DNA of 64,000 nt from NCBI GenBank assembly GCA_963745835.1, contig CAVUZH010000013.1, forward strand, positions 32,001 to 96,000. The letters run 5' to 3'. The DNA comes from an uncultured delta proteobacterium. GTDB taxonomy: Bacteria > Desulfobacterota > Binatia > UBA9968. Positions 1 through 9,957 of this stretch are shown piece after piece. The position numbers and the translations under genes were made by a program. Position 1 is the first letter of the stretch. Each line of letters begins with the position of its first letter. The notes under the pieces were generated by a model. That model ran no database searches. It saw only the letters and a program-made list of their open reading frames with translations, and had not been told where the DNA came from.

Positions 1-531
1 AATTCTCCTCCCCTTCCATTTAGGATCGAGCAAAGCTTCGTAGCTCGTCGGAACTTCCTCGCTCTTGACGAGCTTCGTGTTGTAACCCAAGACAATGGGT
101 TGGGCGTGAAGACCGCTCCAGATGCCGTCCTTGTCTTTGAAATCATCATCCAACATTGCCTGTTGTGGAGAGACATAGGAGGCGATCAGCTTCTGTTTCA
201 CAAGCTCCAGAACAAACTCGCCGTTGAAGTTCGCTAGATCCCATGAATGTCTTCCGACCCGCGCTTCCGTGACGATCTTATTTTGCAGAGAGGTTGCCCC
301 CGTGCGAAAAAGATCCACCTCGATCGAAGGAAACTGCTTTTGGAATTGATCAGCCAAAACTTTGCTCTGATCGACCGGAACCGTAGTCCACCACACGACT
401 TTATTTTCCATCTTGGCGGGTTCGGCGCGCCCGGCTTCAGCGGCCGCAGAGAGCTGTGCGTTCATCAGAACGAAAACAACAATCCCAAGAACAAAACCCA
501 TCTTTTGCTGCCTCATGGTTACGATTGACAT
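1..531 (-). CDS. ABC transporter extracellular solute-binding protein (Fe3+/polyamine/thiamine-like class), 3' end beyond window
   Basis: Not in ORF track; hand translation from ATG 531 (GGAGG upstream): signal peptide, VVWWTTVP..FQKQFPSIEVDLFRTG..IVTEARVG..VLGYNTKLV..P.SYEALLDPKWKG, same pattern as the other SBPs here. Confidence 0.85.
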   Translation of the reverse strand, partial: MSIVTMRQQKMGFVLGIVVFVLMNAQLSAAAEAGRAEPAKMENKVVWWTTVPVDQSKVLADQFQKQFPSIEVDLFRTGATSLQNKIVTEARVGRHSWDLANFNGEFVLELVKQKLIASYVSPQQAMLDDDFKDKDGIWSGLHAQPIVLGYNTKLVKSEEVPTSYEALLDPKWKGRRI

Positions 532-581
532 ATGTTTTCCTTACCTCCAAATTTTTTGCCTCTCCGCGTGGATGACCTAAC

Positions 582-1180
582 CTATTTACCTTCGAGATCG
601 ACAAACAGCTCGCCGAGGCGAGATTTTTTTTGAAAGCAGCCCTTTTGCCTGAGAGAAATCGAGGAATTTTTTAGTGCGGTTGAGTTTTCAGCGATGCCGT
701 GGATCCACGGATCTTTTCCCCATGATCTCCTCAACCTCTTCGAGATAGTCTTCCAACCAAGGGACACTGGATGATATCTCAGGACGTCGACTTTTTCATA
801 AAAGTCGTTTTGAGCTCCTGGAGAATCAGGTGATCCGCTGGGATGCTATTTTCCTTTCGAGAAGAGTTTCCCTTAATACCAGAGTATGCATGATCGGGAA
901 AAATGCCGTGCCGACGATAATAGTCCCTTTTCACCTGCGGACAGTTTCTGCACAGTTGTCGCACCGGGTTTCCGGTCCACGAGTCACCGCAGGTTTATGA
1001 GCGCACATAACCGTATCCAAGCACCCACAGAGCAGCATACCGAACAGGGTTTCGTCTGCCGGAATGGGAGTAATTCGAGCTGCTCTTTTCTTTGGGAGAG
1101 GGACTCGCTCCTTGCGTCCGGGTTCTTCGGCGCCGTTCGCTCCCACCTTCTCACTGGGCGCATTATTGACGGGCGAGCGG
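582..1180 (-). pseudogene. Frameshifted 3' remnant of a 4,5-dihydroxyphthalate decarboxylase-like (PBP-fold) gene
   Basis: Three frames give EEPGRKERVPLP..ITPIPADETLFGMLL, YYRRHGIFP and WGKDPWIHGIAEN..LGELF, paralleling YYLRTKIFPI and FGDDAWPYNINEN..LREMF of 33143-34099; 5' boundary approximate. Confidence 0.65.
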
Positions 1181-1265
1181 CGCTGTACTAGCTTCGGAGC
1201 ATAGCGCATTCTCGCCGGCCACCTGCTTGCCGGTCGCATACTGATTGTGCCAAAGAGGAGCACTC

Positions 1266-2384
1266 ATGGCCATTATCGATTTAGATTCGCATCTTCGCGA
1301 CGGCTGGCTGCTCGACGAGATTTATCGATTGCCGGAACCGTTTGCGCACCACTCGCCGAGACGCATCGGCGAGGGCAAATATTTTTATTCCAAGTTCGAG
1401 CACGACCTCTCTCCCATGGACGATCCCGTGGCCAACGCGAATTTCAAAAAACCGGTGACCCACCAAGTTTTTTATAATCCGGAAGCAAACCAGCGCGGCA
1501 ATGAGGTCATGCGCTGGCAGCAGGGCGGCTACGACATGGAATACCGCCTGAAGGACAATGCCCGCGAGAACATCGACTTTCAATTGATCTTCCCTACCGG
1601 TATCGACATTCCGTCGCAGAATGCCGGCGCGCTCGGCGCCGCCGTAGCGCGAGCCTACAACGATTGGGCACATAAGCTCGTGGCCGGCTATCGCGATCGG
1701 CTCTCGCCCGTCGCCATGATGCCCGCCGGGTGTCCGGAAGAAATGGCCAACGAGTTACGCCGTTGCGTCAAGGTTTTGGGCTGCAAAGCCGCCCACCTTG
1801 TCAGTTACACCAAAGACCGGCAGATGGATGATCCGGTTTTCTTCCCGTTCTATGAAGCGGCGCAAGAACTCGATATCCCGCTTTTCTGCCATCCGAGTAC
1901 GCTCGGCGATATCGGCACACTGATCAATCGTCAAAGTCATTTCTTTCCGATGCATATTCTTGGCCGGCCGCTCAACTGCGTCGCGCCGCTGGTTGCGATG
2001 GTGCTCGGCGGGATTTTCGAAAAGTATCCGAAATTGAAAGTCACTTTCTTCGAAGTGACGGCCGAATTCCTGGTGTTCTGGATGCACCGCATGGATGACG
2101 ATTACGAAGTCATTAAGGATGCCGGCATGTGCCCGCAGCTGAGCATGTTGCCGTCGGAATACGTCAGGCGAAACTGTTACGTCACCTGTGAAGCCGATGA
2201 GAAATGCCTGCCCTTGGCGTTGGCGGAGGTCGGCGAGACCCACGTTTTGATGGCGACGGACTATCCTCACTTCGACTCGACGTTCCCCAAAACGGTAAGC
2301 GGTATTCGCGAGCGACCCGATATTTCACCGAAACAAAGGAAACTGATCCTCGAAGATAATGCGCTCAATCTGATCCATATGTAG
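1266..2384 (+). CDS. Amidohydrolase family protein (amidohydro_2, ACMSD/LigW-like)
   Basis: IIDLDSH, ARAYNDW, LFCHP, ATDYPHFDS motifs; GAGGAG before ATG 1266. Confidence 0.85.
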   Translation: MAIIDLDSHLRDGWLLDEIYRLPEPFAHHSPRRIGEGKYFYSKFEHDLSPMDDPVANANFKKPVTHQVFYNPEANQRGNEVMRWQQGGYDMEYRLKDNARENIDFQLIFPTGIDIPSQNAGALGAAVARAYNDWAHKLVAGYRDRLSPVAMMPAGCPEEMANELRRCVKVLGCKAAHLVSYTKDRQMDDPVFFPFYEAAQELDIPLFCHPSTLGDIGTLINRQSHFFPMHILGRPLNCVAPLVAMVLGGIFEKYPKLKVTFFEVTAEFLVFWMHRMDDDYEVIKDAGMCPQLSMLPSEYVRRNCYVTCEADEKCLPLALAEVGETHVLMATDYPHFDSTFPKTVSGIRERPDISPKQRKLILEDNALNLIHM

Positions 2385-2478
2385 GTCGATGAAACAATCC
2401 AAACCCCAGAGCATGAACGCTTACGAACATGGCTCGGGCTTCGGATTCGTGGTGAACTTCTCATGGGGAGACCTTGTG

Positions 2479-3483
2479 ATGATTCGTCCATCGATTTTTG
2501 CCTTGTTCATTAGCCTGTCGATTTCGTTTAGCGCCGCAGCACAAGACGCCATGCTCATCGAGCAGGCCAAGAAGGAAGGCGGCAAGCTGATCGTCTACGG
2601 CTCGTTGGAGTCATTTACCGTCGAGCCCATTGCCGAAGCTTTTCAAAAGAAGACCGGCATCGCGGTGGAATACTGGCGCGCTTCCGCGACCAAGGTGATG
2701 GATCGGGCGCTGAGTGAAACGCGCGCCGGCAAGGCGCTCTTTGACGTGATGTTGAACAACAGCGGCGCGATGCACGTGCTCAAAAAAGAAGGTTTGTTTA
2801 TCCCCTACAGTTCTGCGGCAACCGCGGCCTTCCCCAAAGAAATCACCGATCCGCAACTGGGCCCCATCTACCGCAACACTCCGATCGGCATCGTCTACAA
2901 TAGCGGCGCGATTAAACCCGCCGATGCGCCCAAGTCCCTCGAAGATCTGCTCAATCCTAAATACAAGGGCAAATTCGTCATGCCCGACCCGACGCAACAC
3001 ACAACGACCCTGCAGTGGATCGCCAGCCTGTATAAGATAATGGGTAAAGAGAAGGCGGAAAAGTTTACGCGCGATCTCGGCGCCACCAAGCCGCTTCTGG
3101 TGGAGTCTCTGGCGCCCGCGGCTGAACGGGTATCCACGGCCGAGACTCCCCTGGGCATCAGCTTGGTAAGATATGTGGTGACGTTTTCGGAGAAGGGCGC
3201 GCCGGTCGACTACGTCAGGCTCGGCAAGATGCTCAGCCTGGGGCAATACATCGCGCTCAGCAGCAAGGCGTTACGACCTAACAAAGGCAAGGCATTCATC
3301 GATTTTTTTCTCGGCGACGAGAGTATGCGCATGCTCGCCAAACAAGGCGAATTTGTAAATCGCAAAGGCATCTATCCGTCCCTGGCCGACGCGGACAAGA
3401 TTCAAGCCGTGGAAATGGATGACTTCGATGCTCAAGGCTTTAAGGAAAAAACCCAGGAGTACCAGAAGATTTTTCTGAAATAG
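2479..3483 (+). CDS. ABC transporter extracellular solute-binding protein
   Basis: Signal peptide, AKKEGGKLIVYGS, GIVYN..PKSLEDLLNPKYKG; start uncertain (2476/2479). Confidence 0.85.
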   Translation: MIRPSIFALFISLSISFSAAAQDAMLIEQAKKEGGKLIVYGSLESFTVEPIAEAFQKKTGIAVEYWRASATKVMDRALSETRAGKALFDVMLNNSGAMHVLKKEGLFIPYSSAATAAFPKEITDPQLGPIYRNTPIGIVYNSGAIKPADAPKSLEDLLNPKYKGKFVMPDPTQHTTTLQWIASLYKIMGKEKAEKFTRDLGATKPLLVESLAPAAERVSTAETPLGISLVRYVVTFSEKGAPVDYVRLGKMLSLGQYIALSSKALRPNKGKAFIDFFLGDESMRMLAKQGEFVNRKGIYPSLADADKIQAVEMDDFDAQGFKEKTQEYQKIFLK

Positions 3484-3516
3484 TAAGCGGGCTGAATCCT
3501 TTTACGGAGGATGATC

Positions 3517-3885
3517 ATGAACGCACCCCTCAAAGTAAGCGGTATCGATCATGTGGTCTTTCACGTCAAAGATCTCGCACGCGCCAGAAAATTTTACGTC
3601 GATTTCCTCGGCCTGGAAGTCGAGCACGAGCGAGATTGGCAGTGCTTCCTCAAATGCGGCAAACAGGGCATCGCACTCTTTGAAGTCGATGACGGCGAAG
3701 AAGTGCACGCCGGCAGCGAGGTCAATCATATGGCGCTCCGGCTCGACTCGGGCGAATATGAACGGGTCAAAGCGATACTGGAGGAAGCCGGCATCGAAGT
3801 CCATGGACGCAAGGGCGATCCGCATTGCATCTACTTCCACGATCCCGATGGCCATCAGCTGCAGTTCTTAATGCCCAACGAGTAA
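3517..3885 (+). CDS. VOC/glyoxalase family protein
   Basis: IDHVVFHVKDL..FYVDFLG, NHMAL, YFHDPDGHQLQ; GGAGG at 3506. Confidence 0.85.
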   Translation: MNAPLKVSGIDHVVFHVKDLARARKFYVDFLGLEVEHERDWQCFLKCGKQGIALFEVDDGEEVHAGSEVNHMALRLDSGEYERVKAILEEAGIEVHGRKGDPHCIYFHDPDGHQLQFLMPNE

Positions 3886-3898
3886 CCGGCCGCTCTAG

Positions 3899-4122
3899 CG
3901 GATCGAGCCGTTCCAAACGTTCCAATTGTTCGATCGTTTCGACGTTCATCATGGGGCGAGCTGCTCTTCATAGGATTGCAGTCCAAATGTTCCAATGGTT
4001 CCAATCGTTCCACCGCTTCGCTCCGTTCGACAGTTCCTCGAGTAAGCACTGAATTGAACTACGTTCACCGGTTCGATGTTCACCGTCGAAGGGGAACTTC
4101 CACGTTCGAGAATTCCGGAAGA
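3899..4122 (+). repeat. Intergenic GTTC(C/A)A periodic repeat element with terminal hairpin, copy 1
   Basis: Units cgttccaaa/cgttccaat/tgttccaat/ggttccaat; shares cggatcgagccgttccaa and ggaacttccacgtt..cgagaattcc with the 5400-5720 copy. Confidence 0.7.
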
Positions 4123-4139
4123 TGAGATCTTGGACCTAC

Positions 4140-4354
4140 GGAGTCAGGTGAGGTACAAAGTCAGCTGCTGGCCACCGTTTTACTGGGTTGTAAGAACTGT
4201 CGATGCTTTGCGATCGCCTGGCCTCGGATAAAGTCACAGCGTGAACCGTCGCCGACTTATACGTGGCGATAAAGCCCGCGAGGTAGGAAGAGCGGAGCAC
4301 GGGAATCGAGAGCCTATCCGAAACGGTGAGCCCATTGTCCGGATGACTGGGCGA
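4140..4354 (+). other. Candidate structured noncoding segment (possible orphan mobile-element end or ncRNA)
   Basis: No credible ORF; stems tcgcc..ggcga and gccca-ttgtccggatgac-tgggc; abuts stop of the PhnD-like gene. Confidence 0.3.
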
Positions 4355-5302
4355 CTATTTCTTTTCCGGCGAGTAGTAGGTTTCCAGTAGGCGTCGGCTG
4401 ATCGCCGACTCGCCACCCGGCAGAGCATCGAACTTTGTCGTACCGTCGGCTTTTTGCAGGATCGATTTTCCTTCGGGATCTTGATGCATCGACAGCAGAA
4501 CCTTTTCCAAACCTTTGACCATCGACGATGCCAGATTTTTCCGAACAGAAACAAGATGGCGCGGCAAGCTAGCCGTTTCCCCCAGGATCGTTATCGGTGA
4601 TTTTTTACTTTCTTCCAGTGCGGAATAATCATCGTTGCTGAACGCTCCGGCAGCGACCTTTTTCGTGAGAACCAGGTCAAGCAGTTTTCGCTGAGAAGTA
4701 GCGAAAACGTAACCGATTTCCCCCGGATGAACCTTGGCATCGATTTGACTGATCCGCGATAGCGTAAATCCCTTCCTCGTAAGAAATAACTTGGGTAGGA
4801 AATAGCCCGACGTCGATTGGGGATCTTCAAAAGCGATGATCTTTCCCTTGAGATCTTCGAGACGCTTCGTCTCACCGTCGGTTCTGGTGAAAATCAAGGC
4901 GTGATAGTCGGCCATGCCGCCTTTCCAACGCCTCAGAAGTAACTTCCCGGCCCCATAGACGTCATTGATCAAATAGGTCCGATAGGGACTCTCCATGTAA
5001 AAATCCGCCCTTCTCTCCGTAAGCAGGCTTGCGAGCCGGGCATGCGTTGGAGCGATCACGACCTTACCTGGGATCTCCGATGAGCCGGATATTTTGCTTC
5101 CGACATAGCGCACAAAATCTTGAAAATGCGCTTCGACCTGCTTCTGATTTGTTTCCGCTATCATTCCTAGAGTAATCGTCTTTGCTTCCAATCCAGGCTG
5201 CGTCTGCGCTGCCGCGCCGGAGCCCAGGATGAGCTCAAAAAAGAGAATGGTAGATACTATGCTCAGGCTAGTTGGGTATTTTGTTAAGATCATTATCGTC
5301 AC
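4355..5302 (-). CDS. Phosphate/phosphite/phosphonate ABC substrate-binding protein (PhnD family)
   Basis: LEDLKGKIIAFEDPQSTSGYFLP hallmark; signal peptide. Confidence 0.85.
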   Translation of the reverse strand: MTIMILTKYPTSLSIVSTILFFELILGSGAAAQTQPGLEAKTITLGMIAETNQKQVEAHFQDFVRYVGSKISGSSEIPGKVVIAPTHARLASLLTERRADFYMESPYRTYLINDVYGAGKLLLRRWKGGMADYHALIFTRTDGETKRLEDLKGKIIAFEDPQSTSGYFLPKLFLTRKGFTLSRISQIDAKVHPGEIGYVFATSQRKLLDLVLTKKVAAGAFSNDDYSALEESKKSPITILGETASLPRHLVSVRKNLASSMVKGLEKVLLSMHQDPEGKSILQKADGTTKFDALPGGESAISRRLLETYYSPEKK

Positions 5303-5402
5303 GACAAACGCTCTCGGCGTAGGTATGATACAAACTCAATGATCTTGCAAGAAAAAACACGGCGCATGCGCCTTTCTGGTTCGTGATCAAGGATGAGATA
5401 GA

Positions 5403-5717
5403 AGCCGTTCCAAAGGTTTCAAGGTTCCAGGTGTTCCACATGTGATAGATGTTGCAATCGTTCAACCGCTGCGCTCTTCCCCGGATCGAGCCGTTCCAAT
5501 CGTTCCAGTAGTTGCATATTCCGTTCAAAACGTTGCACATCACGGCCGTTCAATGTTCAACCATTCAATGGTCGACCGTCCCAGAAGCCTCACGGCAGGC
5601 TTCACTGCCGGCCTTCGTTCCGAGCCCCGTCGAGGAATCACCACTAGCGGGATGATCTACAAACCGAATAGCCGAGGCAGGAACTTCCACGTTTCGAGAA
5701 TTCCCGAAACGTGGAAA
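5403..5717 (+). repeat. Intergenic GTTC(C/A)A periodic repeat element with terminal hairpin, copy 2
   Basis: Many gttc(c/a)a units; ends in perfect 12-bp IR ttccacgtttcg-agaattcc-cgaaacgtggaa. Confidence 0.7.
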
Positions 5718-5875
5718 GGGTAAATTTATTCAAGGCGGCTGGAAGCGTGAACCATCTTGTGCAGCGCGCCTTTAAGATCCCTGAATCTCGCCTTTATGCG
5801 TGAGCCAGTGGCGAACTCATTTCCAGCTGACGGTTCACTCGATGCTTAGATTAATCGAGCCGAGGCTAAATAACG

Positions 5876-6706
5876 TCACTCCTCGACGGCGATGAAACGG
5901 CACGGCGATGCGCCTCCTTGCTTGATCAACAGAGGAAGAATGATCATCTTCACCCGCGGTTTTGAGATCTTGTCGCAGTCGACCAGGCATTTGCAGCCGG
6001 CGATCGATTTTCTAATCAACGCGCCATAACTGCTCGGATGCGGGCTGCCATGCCGGTGAGCGCCCAGATCCAGTACCCGTTCCCGAGCTTCTGCCGAAGG
6101 CCATGGCTTCGGGTGCGGAACCATAGGAGTTTCGCCGCGAAACCAATTATTGCCTTGCACCCTCGGCGGATTTACCAGACCGCAATCCGTCATAAAAAAT
6201 CCGCTGTCCATCTCGTCCATTTTCTTCGCCAATAAGGATGCCGCGTCGAAATGGATGCTTGGAGTTCTTTTGTAGTAGTCGATGCCAAGCTCGTAGGCCC
6301 GCTCGCGCGTTCCCCAACCTGTGCGAATCAGCACCTCGTCGCCTTTGCGGAAATCAGCGCCTTTGATCGCTTTGTCCATCTCCTCGACCGTAATCTCGTG
6401 CTGTTCAGGAGCCCTAATGTCGAGGATCACCGTGTCTCTAAGGATCAGTCGATCGAGCGGAATCTGGTCCAGCGTCCATGAAAACTTCGGGTCCGGCTGC
6501 AAAGGCGTCGGATCAAACGGCATACGCTGATGCGGGACCATGAAGGGACTGCCGGTTTCGCCATCGAGTTTCATTCGCGTCATCCTGAGGCCGTGCTTGT
6601 CGTAATACATGTACTCCCACAACCGCACGGAGGAATTGGTAAACGGCAAAATTTCTCCGTATCCCGCGCCTTCCCAAATCGGCATCGTTAAATCGATCAT
6701 TTTCAT
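5876..6706 (-). CDS. Cyclase (kynurenine formamidase-like) family protein, non-canonical metal motif
   Basis: MIDLTMPI, LDQIPLDRL, GDEVLIRTGWG, ILPLLIKQGGASPCRFIA; GETGSPFMVPH replaces HxGTHxDxPxH; GGAGGAG RBS. Confidence 0.75.
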   Translation of the reverse strand: MKMIDLTMPIWEGAGYGEILPFTNSSVRLWEYMYYDKHGLRMTRMKLDGETGSPFMVPHQRMPFDPTPLQPDPKFSWTLDQIPLDRLILRDTVILDIRAPEQHEITVEEMDKAIKGADFRKGDEVLIRTGWGTRERAYELGIDYYKRTPSIHFDAASLLAKKMDEMDSGFFMTDCGLVNPPRVQGNNWFRGETPMVPHPKPWPSAEARERVLDLGAHRHGSPHPSSYGALIRKSIAGCKCLVDCDKISKPRVKMIILPLLIKQGGASPCRFIAVEE

Positions 6707-6708
6707 GG

Positions 6709-7476
6709 TCACTCCTCCACGGCTACGACTCTGCAAGTCGAGCCTACGCCCCGGACAACGTTCAATGGCGACACAATCATCTTGATCCGCCGGCTTTTGA
6801 TTTGGCCGCACCCGATGAGCTTGCGCACGGTCATGATGCCCATTCGGGCAAATTCCATGTCCACGGCGAAATCCTTTTTGGCTTTGTCGCTGTCATAAAG
6901 ATGCAAATACATGCGCGCCTCCGGCGATTCTGCGCCCGGCGACGGCAGCATCGAGAACCATTCCGGAATGATATGGCTTTGCGGCAGTCCAAGCACTGCC
7001 GTATCGACCAAAAGCAAGTCATTGTCGTTGTCATGCATTGCTTGTGCTAGGTATTGCGCGGCCTCCAGAGAGAAATGCGGGCTACCAAGGACGTACTCGT
7101 TTCCCTCCGCCTGATCGTGCGGTTTGTCACCCCAACCGGTGACAATCAGAAGCGCGGCCCCCTTCGCCGGACGAGCGGCATCAAACGCCTGCTGCACATC
7201 CGACTTGTTTATCTCCTCTCCGGTCCCCTTTTTGATATTGGCAATGGCAGCGGGTCGCAAAAACAACTTCTCGATCGCCACCTGATCGAGCCGAGTAGTG
7301 TTGCGAAAATCGGCGAACAGCGCAGGCAACGCCAGGCTTGTCCCCGAATCGCTCCCCACGACCATGCCTTTTTCCTGATGGTTCTTAGGTCCTAGAAAAA
7401 ACTTGATCGCCGTCGGCAGACCCTCATCCGGCATCCAGCGATGGTTTAACGGCATTGTCAGATCGACAAAATTCAT
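6709..7476 (-). CDS. Cyclase family protein, second paralog, non-canonical metal motif
   Basis: FVDLTMPL, LDQVAIEKL, LLIVTGWG, SPLNVVRGVGSTCRVVA; SDSGTSLALPA replaces HxGTHxDxP. Confidence 0.75.
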   Translation of the reverse strand: MNFVDLTMPLNHRWMPDEGLPTAIKFFLGPKNHQEKGMVVGSDSGTSLALPALFADFRNTTRLDQVAIEKLFLRPAAIANIKKGTGEEINKSDVQQAFDAARPAKGAALLIVTGWGDKPHDQAEGNEYVLGSPHFSLEAAQYLAQAMHDNDNDLLLVDTAVLGLPQSHIIPEWFSMLPSPGAESPEARMYLHLYDSDKAKKDFAVDMEFARMGIMTVRKLIGCGQIKSRRIKMIVSPLNVVRGVGSTCRVVAVEE

Positions 7477-7517
7477 ATTTCCTCCACCTTTCTCGCGGCG
7501 CTGCTCCGGCAAAACCG

Positions 7518-8618
7518 TTACGCCGCCAACACTCTGATTCTATCGGCCGGCATCTCCAGCCAAACGCTTTGTCCCCTTTCCAACGGCGCAACGTATGGGT
7601 TGGTGTCGGCGCGCACATGATATTGACCGACATCGATGTCATACTCGATACGATTACCGGTAAACACAACTGCCCGCACTTGACCCGCCAACACATTGAC
7701 GGGCGACCCGCAGGCTGCTGTATGGATCGATACCGCCTCGGGGCGAAACATGAGCGACACCCGTTGCCCTTGAAGGACCCCGTTCGGCAATGCGCAGCGC
7801 AGCTTTCCCACCGCGGTTTCGACGATTCCCCGCTCGCCGGCAGTCTCGTTATCTATGACCCGGCCCTCGAGCAGGTTGGTGGTGCCGACAAAGCCGGCGA
7901 CGAATAGATTGGCCGGCTCCTTGTAGATGTCCATGGGCGGACCGAGTTGTACAACCCGGCCACCATGCATCACCGCCATGCGGTGCGACAACACCAAGGC
8001 TTCCTCCTGATCATGAGTCACGTACAAGGCCGTCAGCTTCAATCTCTCGAATAGATTGCGGAGCTCGTGACGCATCTCCACCCGAAGCTTGGCGTCCAGA
8101 TTACTTAACGGCTCATCCATCAGGAGCAGTCGCGGTTCGGCCACTAGGGCGCGCGCAACCGCGACACGCTGCTGCTGTCCGCCGCTCAGCAACGAGGAAG
8201 GCCGAGCTGCCAAATCATCGAGTTGAACCAGATGCAGAATCTCCTTGACTCTCTTTTTCGTCTCGTTCCTCGGCAGCTTGCGCCGGCCGTGAACCAGCGG
8301 ATAGCCGACATTCTGCGCAACGGTCATATGCGGCCACACGGCATAAGACTGAAACACCATGCCGATTTCGCGTTCGTGAACCGGCACCATGATGCCCTTC
8401 TTACTCGAAAACACCGGCTTGTCGTCGATCCAGATTTCTCCGGAATCCGGCGTCTCGAGTCCGGCGATACACCTGAGAGTGGTTGTCTTACCGCAGCCGG
8501 AGGGTCCCAGTAGCGAAAAGAATTCTCCGGTTTTGACATCGAAGCTGACATCATGCACGGCCTGCACCTGGCCATCGCCCGTGACGAAAGTTCGTGTCAG
8601 TCCCTCTACCGTTAACAT
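7518..8618 (-). CDS. ABC transporter ATP-binding protein (FbpC/PotA-like, TOBE domain)
   Basis: GPSGCGKTT, LSGGQQQRV, LLMDEPLSNLD, YVTHDQ. Confidence 0.95.
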   Translation of the reverse strand: MLTVEGLTRTFVTGDGQVQAVHDVSFDVKTGEFFSLLGPSGCGKTTTLRCIAGLETPDSGEIWIDDKPVFSSKKGIMVPVHEREIGMVFQSYAVWPHMTVAQNVGYPLVHGRRKLPRNETKKRVKEILHLVQLDDLAARPSSLLSGGQQQRVAVARALVAEPRLLLMDEPLSNLDAKLRVEMRHELRNLFERLKLTALYVTHDQEEALVLSHRMAVMHGGRVVQLGPPMDIYKEPANLFVAGFVGTTNLLEGRVIDNETAGERGIVETAVGKLRCALPNGVLQGQRVSLMFRPEAVSIHTAACGSPVNVLAGQVRAVVFTGNRIEYDIDVGQYHVRADTNPYVAPLERGQSVWLEMPADRIRVLAA

Positions 8619-8636
8619 CGACGACGACTTCCCTTA

Positions 8637-8764
8637 GCAGCCTGCTGAAAAAGACCCATATGCTTCGTTGCTCTCCAATCGCCTCGCTGCAACGTACTGT
8701 TAAGTACGTCTCCGCTCGTCGATTTTTCGCGCGCCTCGCCTCTGGATCTTTTTGAGCAGCCTGC
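8637..8764. mobile_element. MITE-like element, copy 1 (128 bp)
   Basis: Imperfect terminal IR GCAGCCTGCTGAAAAAGA / TCTTTTTGAGCAGCCTGC, internal palindrome acgtactgttaagtacgt; second copy at 29849. Confidence 0.75.
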
Positions 8765-8782
8765 AACCAGAGTTCAGGTGTG

Positions 8783-9916
8783 TTACGGCATCAACGGTTG
8801 CAGTGCCTTTCTGATCTTATCGCGTTGGCCGGCGAGCACCTCTTCGGGACTCCATTCCAGTACTTTGGCTTTGGGCAGGGCCTTTAGCGATTTGGCAAGC
8901 TCGGATCTTGGATCGACAAAGGTGCCCTCACCGTTGACGCGTTCGACGATCGGCAAGCCATCCTCGAGAATGAAAGCCAGATAGAGTAGCGCCAGATTGG
9001 GGCTCTTGGCGCCTTTGGGAATGGTGAGGCCGATCGAGCCGATCGCCATCACGTCTTCGAGGAGCTTGTTTTGTATCGGATAGCCCTCCTTGCGCAGACC
9101 TTCGGTGCCACCAATGTTTCCAGTGGCCGCGGCGACTTCGCCTAACGCCACGGCCATCCGCACATCACCGCTGCTTCTCTTGATCAGCGGCTTGTTGGCA
9201 AGCAGCATTTGCAGTACCTTCTTTTGCTTTTCTATGTCCCAGTGACCGCCGACGCCCATATCCGTGAGCGGGCTGGCGGGACCAATCGTATTAATGGCAA
9301 AATTTCCCTTCCATTTCGGATCGGCAAAACCTTTGCCTTCGGCAAATTCCTCATAGGTCTTCGGCAGGTCGTTGGCATTGGTTTTTTTCGTGTTGTAAAT
9401 GATGCCCGATACCAACGTCGTCACGTCAACCGAAAACGGCCGCTTCCATGCGGCCACATTGCGAAGAACTCCTTCGAGACCTTTGAATTTCGGGCTGAAT
9501 ATTTTAACCAGCGGTGTCTCGATATCCTCGAACAGCGCCAGCCGATCGGGCCGGCCCGCGATATCCGCCGCGCCGGCGTATAACAAATCGGCATCGATGC
9601 GGCCGACCCTCGCCTCGGTCAAGAATCTGAGCAAAGAATCCGGATTGGTCACGGGCGTAAGATGAACTCGCGGCATGAAACCGAACCGTTTCTTGAAGGC
9701 TGCTTCGAACTGCTCGCCGACTCCTCTCTCGCCCGGCACTTCCCACCACAGCCGCAACTCAGCCTCGCGCTTGGCCTTGTCGAGAACCTCTTCATAGGTC
9801 TTGCCGAACACTGATTGAGCCAGCACAACTTTTGTTGAAAGGGAAAGTAGCGCACCAATGAGCGCAAGAAATAATAACGAGAGAAACGTTTTACTTGGTC
9901 TATCGACCCTGTTCAT
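8783..9916 (-). CDS. ABC transporter extracellular solute-binding protein
   Basis: Signal peptide, AKREAELRLWW, GIIYNTKK..LPKTYEE, DPKWKG, AKSPNLALL; AGGAG before ATG 9916. Confidence 0.85.
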   Translation of the reverse strand: MNRVDRPSKTFLSLLFLALIGALLSLSTKVVLAQSVFGKTYEEVLDKAKREAELRLWWEVPGERGVGEQFEAAFKKRFGFMPRVHLTPVTNPDSLLRFLTEARVGRIDADLLYAGAADIAGRPDRLALFEDIETPLVKIFSPKFKGLEGVLRNVAAWKRPFSVDVTTLVSGIIYNTKKTNANDLPKTYEEFAEGKGFADPKWKGNFAINTIGPASPLTDMGVGGHWDIEKQKKVLQMLLANKPLIKRSSGDVRMAVALGEVAAATGNIGGTEGLRKEGYPIQNKLLEDVMAIGSIGLTIPKGAKSPNLALLYLAFILEDGLPIVERVNGEGTFVDPRSELAKSLKALPKAKVLEWSPEEVLAGQRDKIRKALQPLMP

Positions 9917-9957
9917 GTCAAACTCCTTTCGAATTTTCAGCCGCACCGGCATATCTA

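Noticed and set aside
3767-4052. Short ORFs with LERLERLDPLER / LERLEPLEHL repeats (and the similar ORF at 5268-5543)
   Set aside because: They are translations of the GTTCCA DNA repeat, with no RBS or family similarity
3899-5717. Possible CRISPR array
   Set aside because: Units are 8-9 nt and degenerate, with no constant repeat-spacer period and no cas genes
5736-5838. Two short complementary pairs (gctggaa/ttccagc, gtgaacc/ggttcac) suggesting a pseudoknot
   Set aside because: Only 7 bp each with no supporting motif; compatible with chance
8551-8766. ORF MQAAQKDPEARR.. (and MQAAQKDSDARR.. at 29743-29976)
   Set aside because: Both arise from the MITE inverted repeat and are unlikely to be proteins
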